Origin: Eutreptiella sp. 'Long Island Sound 2002'
Taxonomy: Eukaryota; Protista; Euglenida
DNA length: 64,000 nucleotides
Direction: 5' to 3'
NCBI GenBank assembly: GCA_964036045.1
Contig: OZ038378.1
Span: 188,294,001 to 188,358,000, forward strand
Notes under the pieces: model-generated
What the model saw: only the letters and a program-made list of their open reading frames with translations
The model's database searches: none
What the model was told of the DNA's origin: nothing
In this document: positions 11,556-23,090 of the stretch, in pieces
Layout: each line of letters begins with the position of its first letter
How positions within the stretch are numbered: position 1 is the first letter of the stretch
Translations under genes and position numbers: made by a program

Positions 11556-11789
11556 GCAACTTTCTTGAGCTGGGGCAGTTTGGGTCACCTAATTCTAAGG
11601 GCGTTTCTAGGGGGTGTGCTTGGGAGCTCTTCGGGGGGAACATAGTCTAAAAGTAGCGCGCCGGGCGCGCGCTGGGCAAACATTCCCCTTATGTACTTCC
11701 CTGCCGTGCATGCCTGCCTTCAATAACTATTGTGCAAAATGCATCAAAATACGGACTGGCTGATGCAAGTCATTTGGACCGCAACACCA

Positions 11790-12005
11790 CATGTCTCTAA
11801 GCAAAGCGGCTACGAAACATTGCATTCTCGGGGTCCCCAATAGCGGTTGATAGCTCGATGGTTGGGTGTACAAGTACTGGTTTACACAGATGATTTGGCG
11901 ATGATTACCCTTGGCAGGGGCAAGGAAGGGGGCAGGCACACCCTAGAAGAGCCCCGTGATCTCCAGGGTTGTTGGGGTTTGCAGTCAACAACAAGAAACC
12001 GGCGG
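11790..12005 (+). pseudogene. Reverse transcriptase fragment, DIRS/LTR-type
   Basis: GVQVLVYTDDLAMI, followed after a frameshift by LGFAVNNKK: the YxDD motif plus the downstream LGF.IN.KK motif. Confidence 0.6.
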
Positions 12006-13024
12006 TTTTCTGCTGGGCTTATGGTATGCCAAGGACACTGTTGCTACAGGAGGGGAAAGCTGAGTTGTGGCAGTACGATCTACTCCCATTGGATGGATGG
12101 GAACACACAAAGCTGATCAACACATGCCTCATACTGAGGTGGGTTTATCGACGCATGTTAGTCCTGGACGGCTGGACCGTACAGGACATTGACCGCATGA
12201 CCATGCAGTGTGTCAAGACGAAAGGGATGGGGCCAAGAAGAAGCAAGTTGAAGGTGGTGACTTATCGTGCCCACAATGGCATGGTGCTACACCAGACCTT
12301 CTCCAAGTGGCGCCAAAGTTGGTTACCACTCGAGAAGAGATGTCGAGAAAAGGAACACAACGAGATCTGGCCACCATTAACATCTATATCGAAGTCGTTG
12401 CCCACCTCCACAATACGTGGACCAGACCTGTATCACTCTGAGGACAGTGATGAGGGGCTGGTACATGAAACAAAGTGGGTGTCTTTGGGTGTAGGGTGAA
12501 GATACATTACCCCTTAAGTGTACCATAGAGATGTGATACCCCCCCCCCCAACGGCCGCAGTGTCTCTGAGTATACACCATTGCCTGAAGCTGTCCAAGCA
12601 GCCCAACCACTGGTGAGATCAAGCAACAGCTCTCACATGTGCGCGTTTCACTGTTTGCACTGTTTGCATGCACTGTCTTGCTGTGTGCCACGTGTTACTT
12701 GTTTTTCCATCAGGGGTGCAAGGAACCGTAATTTTTGCCATGTTCTCTTCGGGGTGTAAGGAAACTGCTGCACAGTCGATTACATAGCAAGGGCGAGGGG
12801 GATTACTGGACTGGCTCTGGAAGTAAAGCCGAAGGGCCCAAACACTGCCCCAAACTCTGCCCAGAGATTGTGTGTCCACGCCCGAGGTTTGTAGCTGTTC
12901 AAGCCTCAACCCCTCTGCTGGCGTGTCACAGGGAGTTCGGCACAAGGATTCCCCATTGAATTGGAAGATTGGAAATGGGTGTCCGTCGTCTGCCTCGGCT
13001 TTCACCGCAAATGTATCTTCACAG

Positions 13025-14302
13025 ATGCTTCTCCGTGCTGCTCTGCTGCTCACCCTCTTCTGTTGGGCATCGCCCAAACTGGCGACGGGGGCCCACGGCC
13101 TAGAATGGCTGAAGCAGAACCATTGGTTGATGCCTTCCGTCACAAAACCCGCTTCGACGCCAAGAACAAGACACTGCAGCTCCTCCGGATGCTCGGAGCA
13201 CATTGGAACTCCCAACGGTGCGTTCTCAGTCCTGTTCCCCTTCCTCCAGGACCAAGTATTCTGTGACATTGGGTGCCGCAAGGGGGAGCTGATGCAGTTT
13301 GTCCAGCCGCATGCAAAGGAGGTGTACGGCCTGGAAATCAACCGAGAGTATGTGTTAGGGGGGCAGAGGCGAGGGCTCCCCGTCTTCTTCGGGGACTTCA
13401 TGAGGGACCCCCTGCCCTCCGAGTGCCAGGTCGTGTACTTCTGGATCGACCCCTCCTTCGACGAGCGGTTCGTGAGCCGCGCCAAGGCCTGGTTCGCCAA
13501 CCAGACCCGCCAGGACAACGTCGTGCTGCTGCTCCCGGCCGAGCCGGTGGAGCCCTTCGAGCTCCGGTCCATCGAGGCGGTCCAGAGGCGCCACGGGGGG
13601 GTCATCCTGAAGATCCCTTTCCATGAGGGGCCGGGGTACCGGCACTTCGGCGTCCTGTGCATCCTCGTGATTGTGCTGCGGAAGCCCGACGCGCGCGCGG
13701 CGACCCCCACCGAGGCTTTTCACACCCTCCTGCCGTCGGATCCGCAGGCGCACAGGGCACTGCAGCAGTTTGGGTGGCTCTTCTACCCGCAGAAGCGGGC
13801 CACACGCGTGCGCGCCGACGCGGACAGGGAGCTGACCATGCCCTACCCTGCCACCCTCGCCCTGCGGGACCTGACCAAAGGGAAGGTTGTCTGCGATCTG
13901 AATCAAGGGACCGAAGAGCTTTGGCGCAGCATCATGGGCACTGCCCCGCAGCACAAGGCCACATTGAATACCACCCGCTGGGCTAAGACCGTGGGGCCGG
14001 GCTGTGGGGCTTACTACGTCCCGCATGACTGCAATGCGATGTGGCCCAGGCTGATCCGGAGAATTGTGCGGCACTGTCTGAAGGGCGGGTGCGTCGATGC
14101 TCCGCTAGTGATTGGGCGGGACGTGCTCCCGTGCCAAAGTCTCACGGAGGACCAGAACAAGCAGAGTATCCTGGGGCTGTTTGAGTTGGTGGAGGACCAC
14201 GATGTGCCGCTGTACAAAGTGGTCTATGAGGAAGGCCCCGATGGAGGCCATGGACTATTTCTCTTGGCTATCTTCGGCCAAAGGACCATGGCCGTCTCTT
14301 AG
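13025..14302 (+). CDS. Class I SAM-dependent methyltransferase-like protein (~425 aa) with predicted N-terminal signal peptide
   Basis: Inside the 476-aa ORF. ATG at 13025 directly follows CTTCACAG. The leader MLLRAALLLTLFCWASPKLATGA is hydrophobic. Motif I VFCDIGCRKGE, motif II VYGLEINREYV, motif III VFFGDF, then QVVYFW. Strong third-position G/C bias over ~13260-13890. An alternative AG acceptor at 13248-13249 (phase 0) cannot be excluded. Confidence 0.8.
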   Translation: MLLRAALLLTLFCWASPKLATGAHGLEWLKQNHWLMPSVTKPASTPRTRHCSSSGCSEHIGTPNGAFSVLFPFLQDQVFCDIGCRKGELMQFVQPHAKEVYGLEINREYVLGGQRRGLPVFFGDFMRDPLPSECQVVYFWIDPSFDERFVSRAKAWFANQTRQDNVVLLLPAEPVEPFELRSIEAVQRRHGGVILKIPFHEGPGYRHFGVLCILVIVLRKPDARAATPTEAFHTLLPSDPQAHRALQQFGWLFYPQKRATRVRADADRELTMPYPATLALRDLTKGKVVCDLNQGTEELWRSIMGTAPQHKATLNTTRWAKTVGPGCGAYYVPHDCNAMWPRLIRRIVRHCLKGGCVDAPLVIGRDVLPCQSLTEDQNKQSILGLFELVEDHDVPLYKVVYEEGPDGGHGLFLLAIFGQRTMAVS

Positions 14303-15479
14303 GCATCAACTGCTTGCATGCTGTCAATAGAATTGGCGGCACGTCCTCTGCCGCCATTTCTGACTGGAGGTACACTGTATGTGGACTTGGGTGTTCCCAA
14401 TTCCCCAACGCGGTGCACGCGCGGTGCAGTAGTTACCAGCAACCATCCAGAAGCCTCCTGCAGCGAAGTGGAGCGAAGTGGCCACCCCTGACCAACCGAT
14501 GGCCTTGCCCAAGCACGCTAGTGCCGTCTGACCGTCCTTTTTCTGGTGGTCATGCGAGATGACACGCTTGGAAGCCGGTTGTAGTGGAGGGGGAAGGGGT
14601 TGGGTCATGCCTGGGCACCATATCAGCTGGAATAACTGAATTTGGTGAACACTGATGATTCGTTGTGTGAGCTCACGAGAGAGTACCGCTACATCACATC
14701 CAAATCCATGCAACAAATCAAGTGAATGCAGGAATGTGGTTGCACTGTTTGACCAAACAGCGCCTGTCAACTCAACACATTTCCACATGTGTGTTCCTGC
14801 AACCCGAATCCAATCGTTAACATGCAAGACAAACGGGGCAGGGGTGTGAGATCCTCACCGCTAACACTCCGGGCTTCTATGAACTTTCTATCATTACTGC
14901 ACTTGATGGCCATGACATTTAGGAAATGTCAGATGCAGTACCCCTGAGCTGTAACACGCCAAAACACCAACACCCTGAGTGTTAAAACCCCACAGTGTGA
15001 CGCAGTAAGTTTGCCTCACTTCACCTCTCCAAAGTAGTAATTGGCAGTCAGATTGGAATTTTTTCCCTGGAACTCACGCTGACACTCCAAAAAGAACAAA
15101 AAAAAATTCTGTATGTTTTTTCAGTTGTTATGCGAATACTCGCGAAACATTTTTCAACACTCCGTGACATTTACCCGGAGTGAAGACGTGGCCTGTGGCA
15201 GGGACCAGCTTAGCTACCCATTGACAACCCAGAACCCCCCCAGCCCTGCCCAAACTAGTCTACTGATGGACAGGCTGCGCGGCCAAACGGGGCCAGCGCT
15301 AAGCAAATGTATCCCAACGACAGGGCAAAGCTACTTGAGGTACAGCATGTACGCCACGACCCCCGACTCAGTCCATACTGGATGTGCATCTCCCGGTGAC
15401 AGTGGCGCGTGATGCAAGGCAGTGCCAGGGAGGACAGGGACATAAGCAATGGTCAGCTCATGAACGTTGAGCAGACAAG

Positions 15480-15830
15480 GATTGAGCTGAGATTGCAGTG
15501 AAGGCTGTGTGAAGGCAGGCACGGCTGGTGCACAGTGGCGGGTCCACACCTGACCTTTTGAGGCCCCCCGTGGTGAAGAAGCACATCCCTGAGCTTGGTG
15601 CCTTTTCGGAGCAAAGGGGCAAGAGAAAGAGCCTCAGCACCCATGTCCCTGGGATCCCTGGCCACGATGTCTCGGATTATGACGGTAGTTCCTTGGAGGG
15701 AATCACACATTGCGAACATTGCTCAGCAAACTCTCGTGCATGGATTGAAGTCCGATTGCAGTGAACACTGTGTGAAGGCAGGCGTGGCTGGAGCACAGTG
15801 GTGGGCCGGGACCTGACCTTTTGAGGCAAC
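15480..15830 (+). repeat. Two direct copies of an ~85-bp dispersed repeat (third partial copy at ~5205-5270)
   Basis: GTGAAGGCAGGC...CACCTGACCTTTTGAGGC at ~15505-15565 and ~15770-15828, and similar at 5208-5268. Confidence 0.75.
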
Positions 15831-16539
15831 AGGCCCGCATCCCCATGACGACGAATTACGAATTACAAATCTGCGTGGACCACTAATAGTCCGCATCGGA
15901 GCTGCAATCGGTCTCCAGTCCCCTCTGCCCTGAGGTAAAACATGCAGCAAGGAGCAATGTGCAATAATTCCACTGAAAGGGTGCCAAACAGAGTCCTACA
16001 GCTGCTTGTTCTTCACACATTTTGCCAAAATTCAACGAACTTCAGACGCATTGCTGTCTGAGGGATGAGATTTCAGGCTGGATAATTGATTCATCACGAC
16101 CTGAAGAGCCACACAATGAACTAAAATCCGTATGAAGAAGTTGTGGATGACAGTTTTGAATTTTGTGAGGTATGCAAGAACGCTGGTGGTGTTTCAATGT
16201 GATTTGCGACCCCCCAGAAAAATTGAGTGTACATTCTTTCTGACCCTGGCACGGACAGTGAGATGCCATCTTTGAGCAGAATGGCAGGCCAGCAGGATTG
16301 CAGAGACAGTCAATTACCACATTGGTGGCTTGTTGAGACACCTACAAAGGGGTCACCATGGTCACAATTCCAACCAGTCATACGCGGCAAATCATTTTGA
16401 GCCACAAGCACATGGCATGCTCGTGAAGGAGCCTGACTTCTGCCCTCATGGGGACTTGAATTATCCGGCATGCACCAGGGAGCAAGCATATGGAATACCA
16501 TGGGCGAATCGATTCAAGGTCATTGGGCACCCATTGCGT

Positions 16540-16680
16540 TCTGTTGGTTTCGAATGTGAATAGCCAATGTTCCATCTGCATACGAAGTCTCCAGCCAAAA
16601 TCGTACTTCGATACCATGCCAAGCTTATAAGGATATACAATGGGGGGGAGGAGGGGTGGTCTGCGTGGGTAGATGACAAA
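16540..16680 (-). pseudogene. Possible non-LTR retrotransposon AP-endonuclease fragment
   Basis: STILAGDF resembles the conserved IILAGDFN motif. No other support. Confidence 0.25.
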
Positions 16681-16871
16681 TCTGTGACCCACCAGATTTA
16701 TCATTTATTTATCATTGATATATAAGTATGTGATATGAATATATAAATTGCTACACCCCTCTCCCCTTAAGCAAGCAATAACAACAAGCACGTCTCCTTT
16801 CTGTTTTGGCCATTACTCCATCCCACCGCTTCGGGCTCGACGCTACTCTAGCCATCTTTGGTATTGACACA

Positions 16872-17042
16872 GCACTGTAGCCGTGTACCGAAGGGGTACC
16901 ATTGCCCACTGCCCCAATGCAGTGAGGTAGTGTACAGAAAGAGTTCCACTGCCCACTACCCCAATGCAGTGAGGCAGTGTACAAAAGGAGTTCCACTGCC
17001 CACTGCCCCAAGGTAGCAATGCAGTGTACAGAAGGAGTTCCA
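16872..17042. repeat. ~40-bp tandem repeat, ~4 copies
   Basis: GTGTACAGAA(G)GAGTTCCACTGCCCACTGCCCCAATGCAGTGAGG repeated. Confidence 0.85.
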
Positions 17043-20000
17043 AAGATGACCTCTGACCGAGGGAGCGTGATGGGAAGAGTAGCAGTGGTCCCTAGGGCTG
17101 GGCTTCGAAGAGCTCGAGCGGCGATTCCATTTTGTGTCTGGGGCCTATCTGGACCCCAATGGGGTCACGACGTTGTCTCAGCTCCACCGACCTCCCAAAT
17201 GCACCTCGATCCAGTGCAATTCAGTTTACCTCCGCTCTCCCTCCAATTTGCCTCCATTATACCTCAAGTGTACCTCAAGTCCACGCCTAGCGTCACCAAG
17301 GATGCATTGGAACGTGGGAGCACCCCCCCAACCCCCCAGCCCTGGAAGTACCAACCGGCATACTTGTCAATCCTTATGGCACCCCCTCCCCCTCATGGCC
17401 CCCAGCTGCTCTCCTCCTGGCCGCAACCGCAGACTTCCATGGCATTTCTGACCGACAGTAACCGCCCTTAGTGGCTTTGGCAACCTTCTCCAAGCACCTG
17501 TCTGTCCGCTCCTGGAACCCGCTCTGAGGCCCCTTCACTTCTAGTGTATCCCTAAGCCCCCCCTCCCTCTTGCACAAGCACAGCTGAACTCAACCCCCCC
17601 CCCCCTCTTGCAAGAACAACACCCTTGTCAGAACAGCATGAGGTGTTGCTTCTGCGATGTTGGGAAGCGGTCTTTGGCCCTTCCACTTTATGGTTGTCCG
17701 TAAAAACCAAAATTTTTCTGTGGTTTGGGGCGGGGATGGCATTTTGGGGATGCTGATGACTGTCCACTGCTTATGTGATTTCAGGGTGCACATAAACGAC
17801 GCCTTGTCAGAACATCCATTTCATCATTTCCAGTGCTTTTACCGTTGGCCTCACAAAGGGGGGCTGGGGGTAATGGTTGCATCAACCCAAATACCCTCCA
17901 CTGCAGATCCAGTACAGACAGGGCATCTTTCCCGGCAAAAACGAAATACACTTTGGTACCTGGTACCTGGTGGTTGTAAGATAGCAGACAGCCAGAGGCT
18001 AGGATACTGATGGCATTTGGAAGGGCCAGGGCGGTTTAGCAAACAGAAAACAGAAAGAAAGTGCATCCTAAAACACCTGCGCTCGGCCAAAGCACCCGGC
18101 TCATGGGCTGCTTGTCTACACTGCTATAAACCTGTTGCCTGCATTATAACACAGCATCTCAGACACTAGAAGTGCTTTGAAGAAGTTGCTGTTCAACTGT
18201 TTCAATCCACTACAGTGCTCTGGACCCCACTGTACCTGCGTGATCACTTGCAGGCACCACCACAGCAATACCCATTAGCACAAGTGCTAGGGCGGCCTCA
18301 AGGCATCCCACAACAACCAGCACGGTAATATGGTCTTTCATGGTCGTTTTGTGCATGCTATGCCCTTGTTTTGTGCTTTTGTGCTTGTTTTGTGCTGCGT
18401 CTTCTTTGAAATTCCCTCCGTGGGGCAAGGGAGCTGTCACTTTTGGCCATTTTGGCCATGTCCCCATGTCCCCACCGGGGTGTAAGGGAAGCGTCGCAGG
18501 CCAGCGGGTACATGGCAATGGGGGGGGGTTATATCCATTTGGAAGATGTGGCATACATTCAGATTAAACTTGTGGTGCTTCTGATACACCCAACTGCAAA
18601 TTCATCTCACATCACATGGGATGATGATGTGCGGTTTTTTTTTGGTTTTTGTGTGCTCTGTTTTGGTGCTGGTGCTGAAATGGTTGTTGGAGCTGCATGC
18701 TCAGTTGTCATGTGAGGGGGATTGTGTGTGCAAGTTGGTAGTGATGTCTTGCGATGGTGTTATATTTTTTTTTACACTATTGAAACACTTTAATTTTTGA
18801 CGTCGGTCAGCATCTTAGAACAAGCATGCAGGTATGTTAATCGGCTGTAGAGGAATCTCGTCAATGAGACATTGTAGCGCTGGGTTTGCAAGCAACATAG
18901 TCATTCGATTAGCGGATGGTACAGATATAAATGGCACCTGTATGCATTTGGCTCCATCCATATTGGCTTCAAAGGGGACAGCTACCAATTGATGGATAAA
19001 TTTCCTCTACAGGCACCAACTGAGCAGTGGGAAACTCACTACGTTTTTTTATGCATTGGCGATTGGCCACCACATGTGCGCGGCACTCGTTTCAATCAGG
19101 TCACTCACTCATTGCGTTCCACAATTAATGGAACGGTAGGGCGGAAAGGCAACTAAACAACGCAGATCGGGAGGTCCAAGAGGCGTGTAAGACCTGGAGA
19201 CAGCTGCAGGTGTGCGTGCGACGCGTTGGAAACTTCAACATTGGTCCTACTATTTCAAGGTAGAAAGGCACCAAAAATTTGTCTGCAAGGTACAAGGAAC
19301 ACAAAGCAGAAAAATCAAACCACGATTGAAAAGATTTCTTCAACAGTTGACCTTGAATTAAACTTACAAGATAAAATGGAGCAAATAAACCCGTTTAATT
19401 CAAGTGTAAAATGTGACCCATATTTTCTTAGATGCCAATGCCATTGTATGCATGTGTGAATATTAGAAGTTGAATTGTGTAAAGGGCTCAACAAACATGT
19501 TCACAAGTTGCTGTCGTTTTGGGAACCTCTAGCACATTGTGTTCAGTGTTCATTCTGTTCAGTGCAAAGTATTCTCTACCGTTTCTTGTTGCGTTCATTT
19601 GGTATAGGTTAGGTCAGTTCAACATCAAGCCATCGTCATGTTCTACCCGTTCCTGAAATCCATCGGACCAGCCAGACGACGGCCCCCTAGGTTGGGACCA
19701 GCCAGACTATGTCACATTGACCAACCATGACGATAACCCCCACCAATCAGGTTGAACGCTGTATTTGATCGCACAAAAAGGGGGGATGCCAGTTCAACAT
19801 CAAGCTTCCATTAAGACAGAGAGTAGGTTGTAAAGGACAGTCTCATCAATGCACCTGATGCTCACTTGTGTATTTTGCTTCAACTAAGTGTCAAAAGACT
19901 TGCAAGCACTTGTTTTGCCTGTTGTTTCTTTCGCTGGTTTTCAACACACCAGCACATGTTGCACTATGCATTCCAAGAGTCACTGAAACTGTGAGCGCAA

Positions 20001-20803
20001 TTCGAGGAAGATGGGAGCAAAAAAGCAGCGGATATTTTGTTTCAAAGTTGATTCATGAAACCAATATGAAGGCAATAGAGATACATACAACAGTGAGCAA
20101 GGAATAAGCGGCCAAAAAACTGTATGTTTGCAGCTTTTTATGCATTACCTTGAAAGCTCCATGGCGGTGCCGGTGTTTGGAGGTAGAGGTCATACATTAT
20201 TGTTCAAGCAGTCGTGCCTTTTGCTAAGCTGTTGACCGCCATTGTGAGATGGTAAACTTTAGAGGATTGAGATGTCATACAAAAGCTAGAGAAAGGGCAA
20301 GCAAACGAGGTGCAGATGTTGTGAGTGTTAGGCAAGGGCAAATGCGAGGCACAAGGCCAACCAAATATCCCTTTGTTTGCTTTTCGGTGACGTGCTTTGC
20401 CGTGTGTGCATGGCCTCTACACACATGCTTGATCTCACACAAGCACATCACTTGTTTTTTGAACCACAAGCCGTGAACCATGGTAATCCATGGTGGATGG
20501 ATAATCATGTCCCAAATGAGGGTATTCATATTTTCACTGTTTTGCACCTCCTTCTCAAGGCACTATGCTCATGAACAATGATGAGCAGATTAGCAAAGCA
20601 AGCAATTACGGAAGGAACTCATCAAGGCACTATGTGTGACAAGAATGAATGAATGTATCATTGGCGATGAGTTGCAAAACATTTTTAGATTCTCCTTTTT
20701 GCCAGCATTAGGCAACAAAGCACCCCTGAATTTGGCAGCATGGGCTATCTAGCCTAAGCAAATAACTTTCCTGCAAGTCAACCAAATGCAAACCACCCCC
20801 AAC

Positions 20804-21038
20804 AAATTGCCCTGGGCCCCAGTAAATTGCCCTGGGCTCCAGGAAATTGCCCTGGGCCCCAATTAATTGCTCTGGACCCCACTCAATTGCCCTGCGCCCC
20901 AGTAAATTGCCCCGGGCCCCAGTAAATTGCCCTGGGCCCCAGTAAATTGCCCTGGGCTCCAGTAAATTGCCCCGGGCCCCAGTCAATTGCCCCGGGCCCC
21001 AGTAAATTGCCCCAGGCCACAATAAATTGCCCTGGGCC
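20804..21038. repeat. 20-21-bp minisatellite (AAATTGCCCTGGGCCCCAGT), ~11 copies
   Basis: Directly visible tandem array. Confidence 0.95.
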
Positions 21039-22929
21039 AACCAGGGGGGTCGGCTCCCCAGTAGCCTCAAGGGAGTCGCCTCTGGGAGCCAAAATAGGGG
21101 ATTTGGCTCCCCAGGAGCCGTAGGGGACTGGCTCCTGGGGAGCCGGAGCTGGGGAGGCTCCTGCCAGGGGAAACAATCTACCACCACCCAACTTTGCAGC
21201 AAGCACTCAAAGATTGCCTTCAGACTGCTCTTCACAAGAAGAAAAGTACACAGAGTTAAATCTGAACAAATGACCACCATGGAGCCAGCAAAGGTTGACG
21301 CTTGAGTGAAAAGCACCTCCATGGCAAGACCCACTCATCGCAGGGCTTTCTTGATGAATTGCCCATTCGTGATCCAACTGTTCCATTGGTGTTTTCCACT
21401 GGTGGACTTTATGTTGGTTTTGCAATCTTCAAGAGTCCGAACCCTTGGGTGCGAGTAGCAGCACTACAGTACCAACGCAAAGCGACCAATCACTCCATGA
21501 CATTGATGTCCCACTCCATTGGGCTAATGTAGAATCAATGCACCTGAAATTAGAAGTTCACAAACACGCAATTGATTAACTAACTGTACCTAACAAGAAA
21601 TCACTAGCTAAGCAAAACATTACTTCATCAGAGCTTCCAAACCAAGCTGCATTTTGAGAATCCCAATTCAAAGCCCTTTAAGCTCTGCAACTTGTGGCAC
21701 CATGTCTGTCCCTTTTGCCACAAATCCCCAATTGACTCATCGCCTAGCTCATCCCCAATCCCTAATCTTCTTCATAAATTTACTGGCCCATTGCCTCATC
21801 TTTACTATCCTATTTCAATTTAGTCCAAAAGCAACGTCTTGGATGGCGCGAATTGCACTGTTTTCCACAATAAAATAACAATTTTTTGTTGGTTGTGCAC
21901 AGTGTCTGAGCCAACTTGCCTGGGTGGTGTGTTTTTGGGAAGCATTGCAATATTTTCAGTTTCTTGAAAATTGCAGCGGAATAAAAAAATGGATAGCCGC
22001 AAATTGGGTAAATCGTGCAGTGATGTTATTTTCAATGGGATCAAAGTATCTAGGTACCTACCCCAGGTTAGTACAGCCGCTCCCTGCCAGGCATCATGAA
22101 GATACCAATGACCAATGTGTGGATGTCATCTGGGCAAAGGCAGCCAGGGGTGTCTGGGGCTTGGCACATGTCTTCAACAACAAGATGTTTTTCACAAGGG
22201 ACATCATGGATGATGATGCAGTCCCCAAGCATTTTAACGTCCCAGAACCCAAGCCTAAGCCTAAGCCAAAGCCAGCTCCAAAGCCCACCGCAGCACCGAA
22301 GCCTGGCCCCAAGGGGGGCAGCACAGACAGGAATTCAGGATGGTGTATCATAGGAAGAAGGGTTTCACGTCTCAGCCAGTTGAACAGTAGATCATCCCAT
22401 GCAAGTTGGAAGGCACGCTACAGCCCAGTCAGCTGAGATTCACTCCTTTGGTGTTCATTTGTCAACATGGTTAATTGTGGGAAAGGAGAGGGCACGCATG
22501 TCCCGGCGCAATGCGCCGGAAATTTTTTTTGCCACGGTATGGGGCTGGCACGGTCATGCGCAAGAACCAACCCCTGGTTCCGCGGTCGAATTTTGGGGGA
22601 AAAGCATGCGCAAGAACCGACCCCTGGTTCCGCGGTCGAACATTGCTGGTTCCTGGGCACGGGGGGGGGGGGGTATCACAAGTGCACCTCTATCTCGGAT
22701 TTGGTGGCCTTTTCTTGAGGGCTAACAAGGTTTTTAAGAGGGGGGTGCTGCTTGCAGCCAGGGACCGCAAGAATCATGCATTGCTGCTGCTCTCATGGTA
22801 GCTTGTCATCAGGCACAAAAGCCTTTACGATACAATGAAGGCTGGTGCATGTTGTGCATTTCTGTAGGATCTTCCAAGTATTTTAATATTAAATTCTATT
22901 GCCCTTGGCCAAGCAACTTAAAAAGGTGC

Positions 22930-23090
22930 AACCCACCCGTTGCATCCCAGAACACATTTCTACCACATTGAGAATGGTCTTGTCCATAGCCACACCTGCT
23001 GTGTTAGGTGCAAAAACAGTTTCTACAAAACATGCCGCACATATAAAACGTGGTGTTGCCACGTGTGCAATGAATGGAAACTGTGGTTAC
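22930..23090 (+). pseudogene. Possible piggyBac-type C-terminal Cys-rich zinc ribbon remnant
   Basis: THFYHIE...CCVRCK....KTCRTYKTWCCHVC resembles H.P....RC..C....T.Y.C..C. No TTAA/TIR boundaries were found. Confidence 0.35.

Larger units (their letters stand above)
10910..11689 (+). mobile_element. Non-autonomous TIR element E2 (780 bp), GGGGG-terminal family
   Basis: TIR GGGGGAACGTT vs AGGGGAATGTT (9/11). TSD TAT at 10907-10909 and 11690-11692. Direct subterminal repeat TAGCGCGCCGGGCGCGCGC at both ends. Confidence 0.85.

Noticed and set aside
10910-11680. Split direct repeats of a Ngaro/PAT-type DIRS element (A...B-A layout)
   Set aside because: First suggested by the direct subterminal repeats and nearby RT/MT fragments. 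The short TIRs and 3-bp TSDs at exact boundaries favour a cut-and-paste DNA element.
12619-14074. 363-aa and 239-aa minus-strand ORFs
   Set aside because: They are antisense shadows of the GC3-rich methyltransferase CDS, with no motifs of their own.
19240-19330. GIY-YIG endonuclease (GTKNLSARYKEH)
   Set aside because: It requires frameshifts and lacks a recognisable GIY half. Too weak to call.
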